Positions 48,192-48,278 of a stretch of DNA of 48,278 bases are shown here, piece by piece. The position numbers were made by a program, and so were the translations under genes. How positions within the stretch are numbered: position 1 is the first letter of the stretch; every line of letters begins with the position of its first letter. Under the pieces are notes generated by a model that was not told the DNA's origin, did no database searches, and saw nothing but the letters and a program-made list of their open reading frames with translations. The DNA is from Octopus bimaculoides (Eukaryota): NCBI RefSeq assembly GCF_001194135.2, contig NC_068993.1, positions 35,689,888-35,738,165 of the forward strand, given 5' to 3'.

Positions 48192-48278
<87 letters not shown>
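48192..48278. repeat. (CA)n(TA)n microsatellite
   Basis: Directly visible. Confidence 0.95.

Overview
This is AT-rich, microsatellite-dense animal genomic DNA from a short-read scaffold with 9 N-gaps. The SINE types and repeat landscape suggest an octopus/coleoid cephalopod; that is inferred from recalled repeat consensuses, not from a database search. I recognise no intact host protein-coding gene, rRNA, tRNA gene or CRISPR array. Most ORFs in the supplied track are microsatellite or N read-through. The explainable sequence is decayed transposable elements: Penelope-like (RT + GIY-YIG) fragments from about three lineages plus terminal modules, one RTE LINE, one CR1/L2-group LINE 3' end, a Helitron helicase fragment, Tc1/mariner and pogo-like MITEs, and more than 20 copies of tRNA-headed SINEs in about three modular families (called A, B and C here). 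The features most worth checking are: (1) a 131-bp near-perfect palindrome at 29313-29443, with 56-bp perfect arms and a 1-nt spacer; (2) three minimal hammerhead-ribozyme-like motifs with variant cores in Penelope termini; (3) a copy of a Penelope element's own 3' region inserted just before its RYIDD catalytic motif; (4) a minus-strand bias of retroelements, suggesting the window lies in a large intron of a + strand gene. I found no convincing novel multi-gene system. TE boundaries are approximate to within tens of bp.
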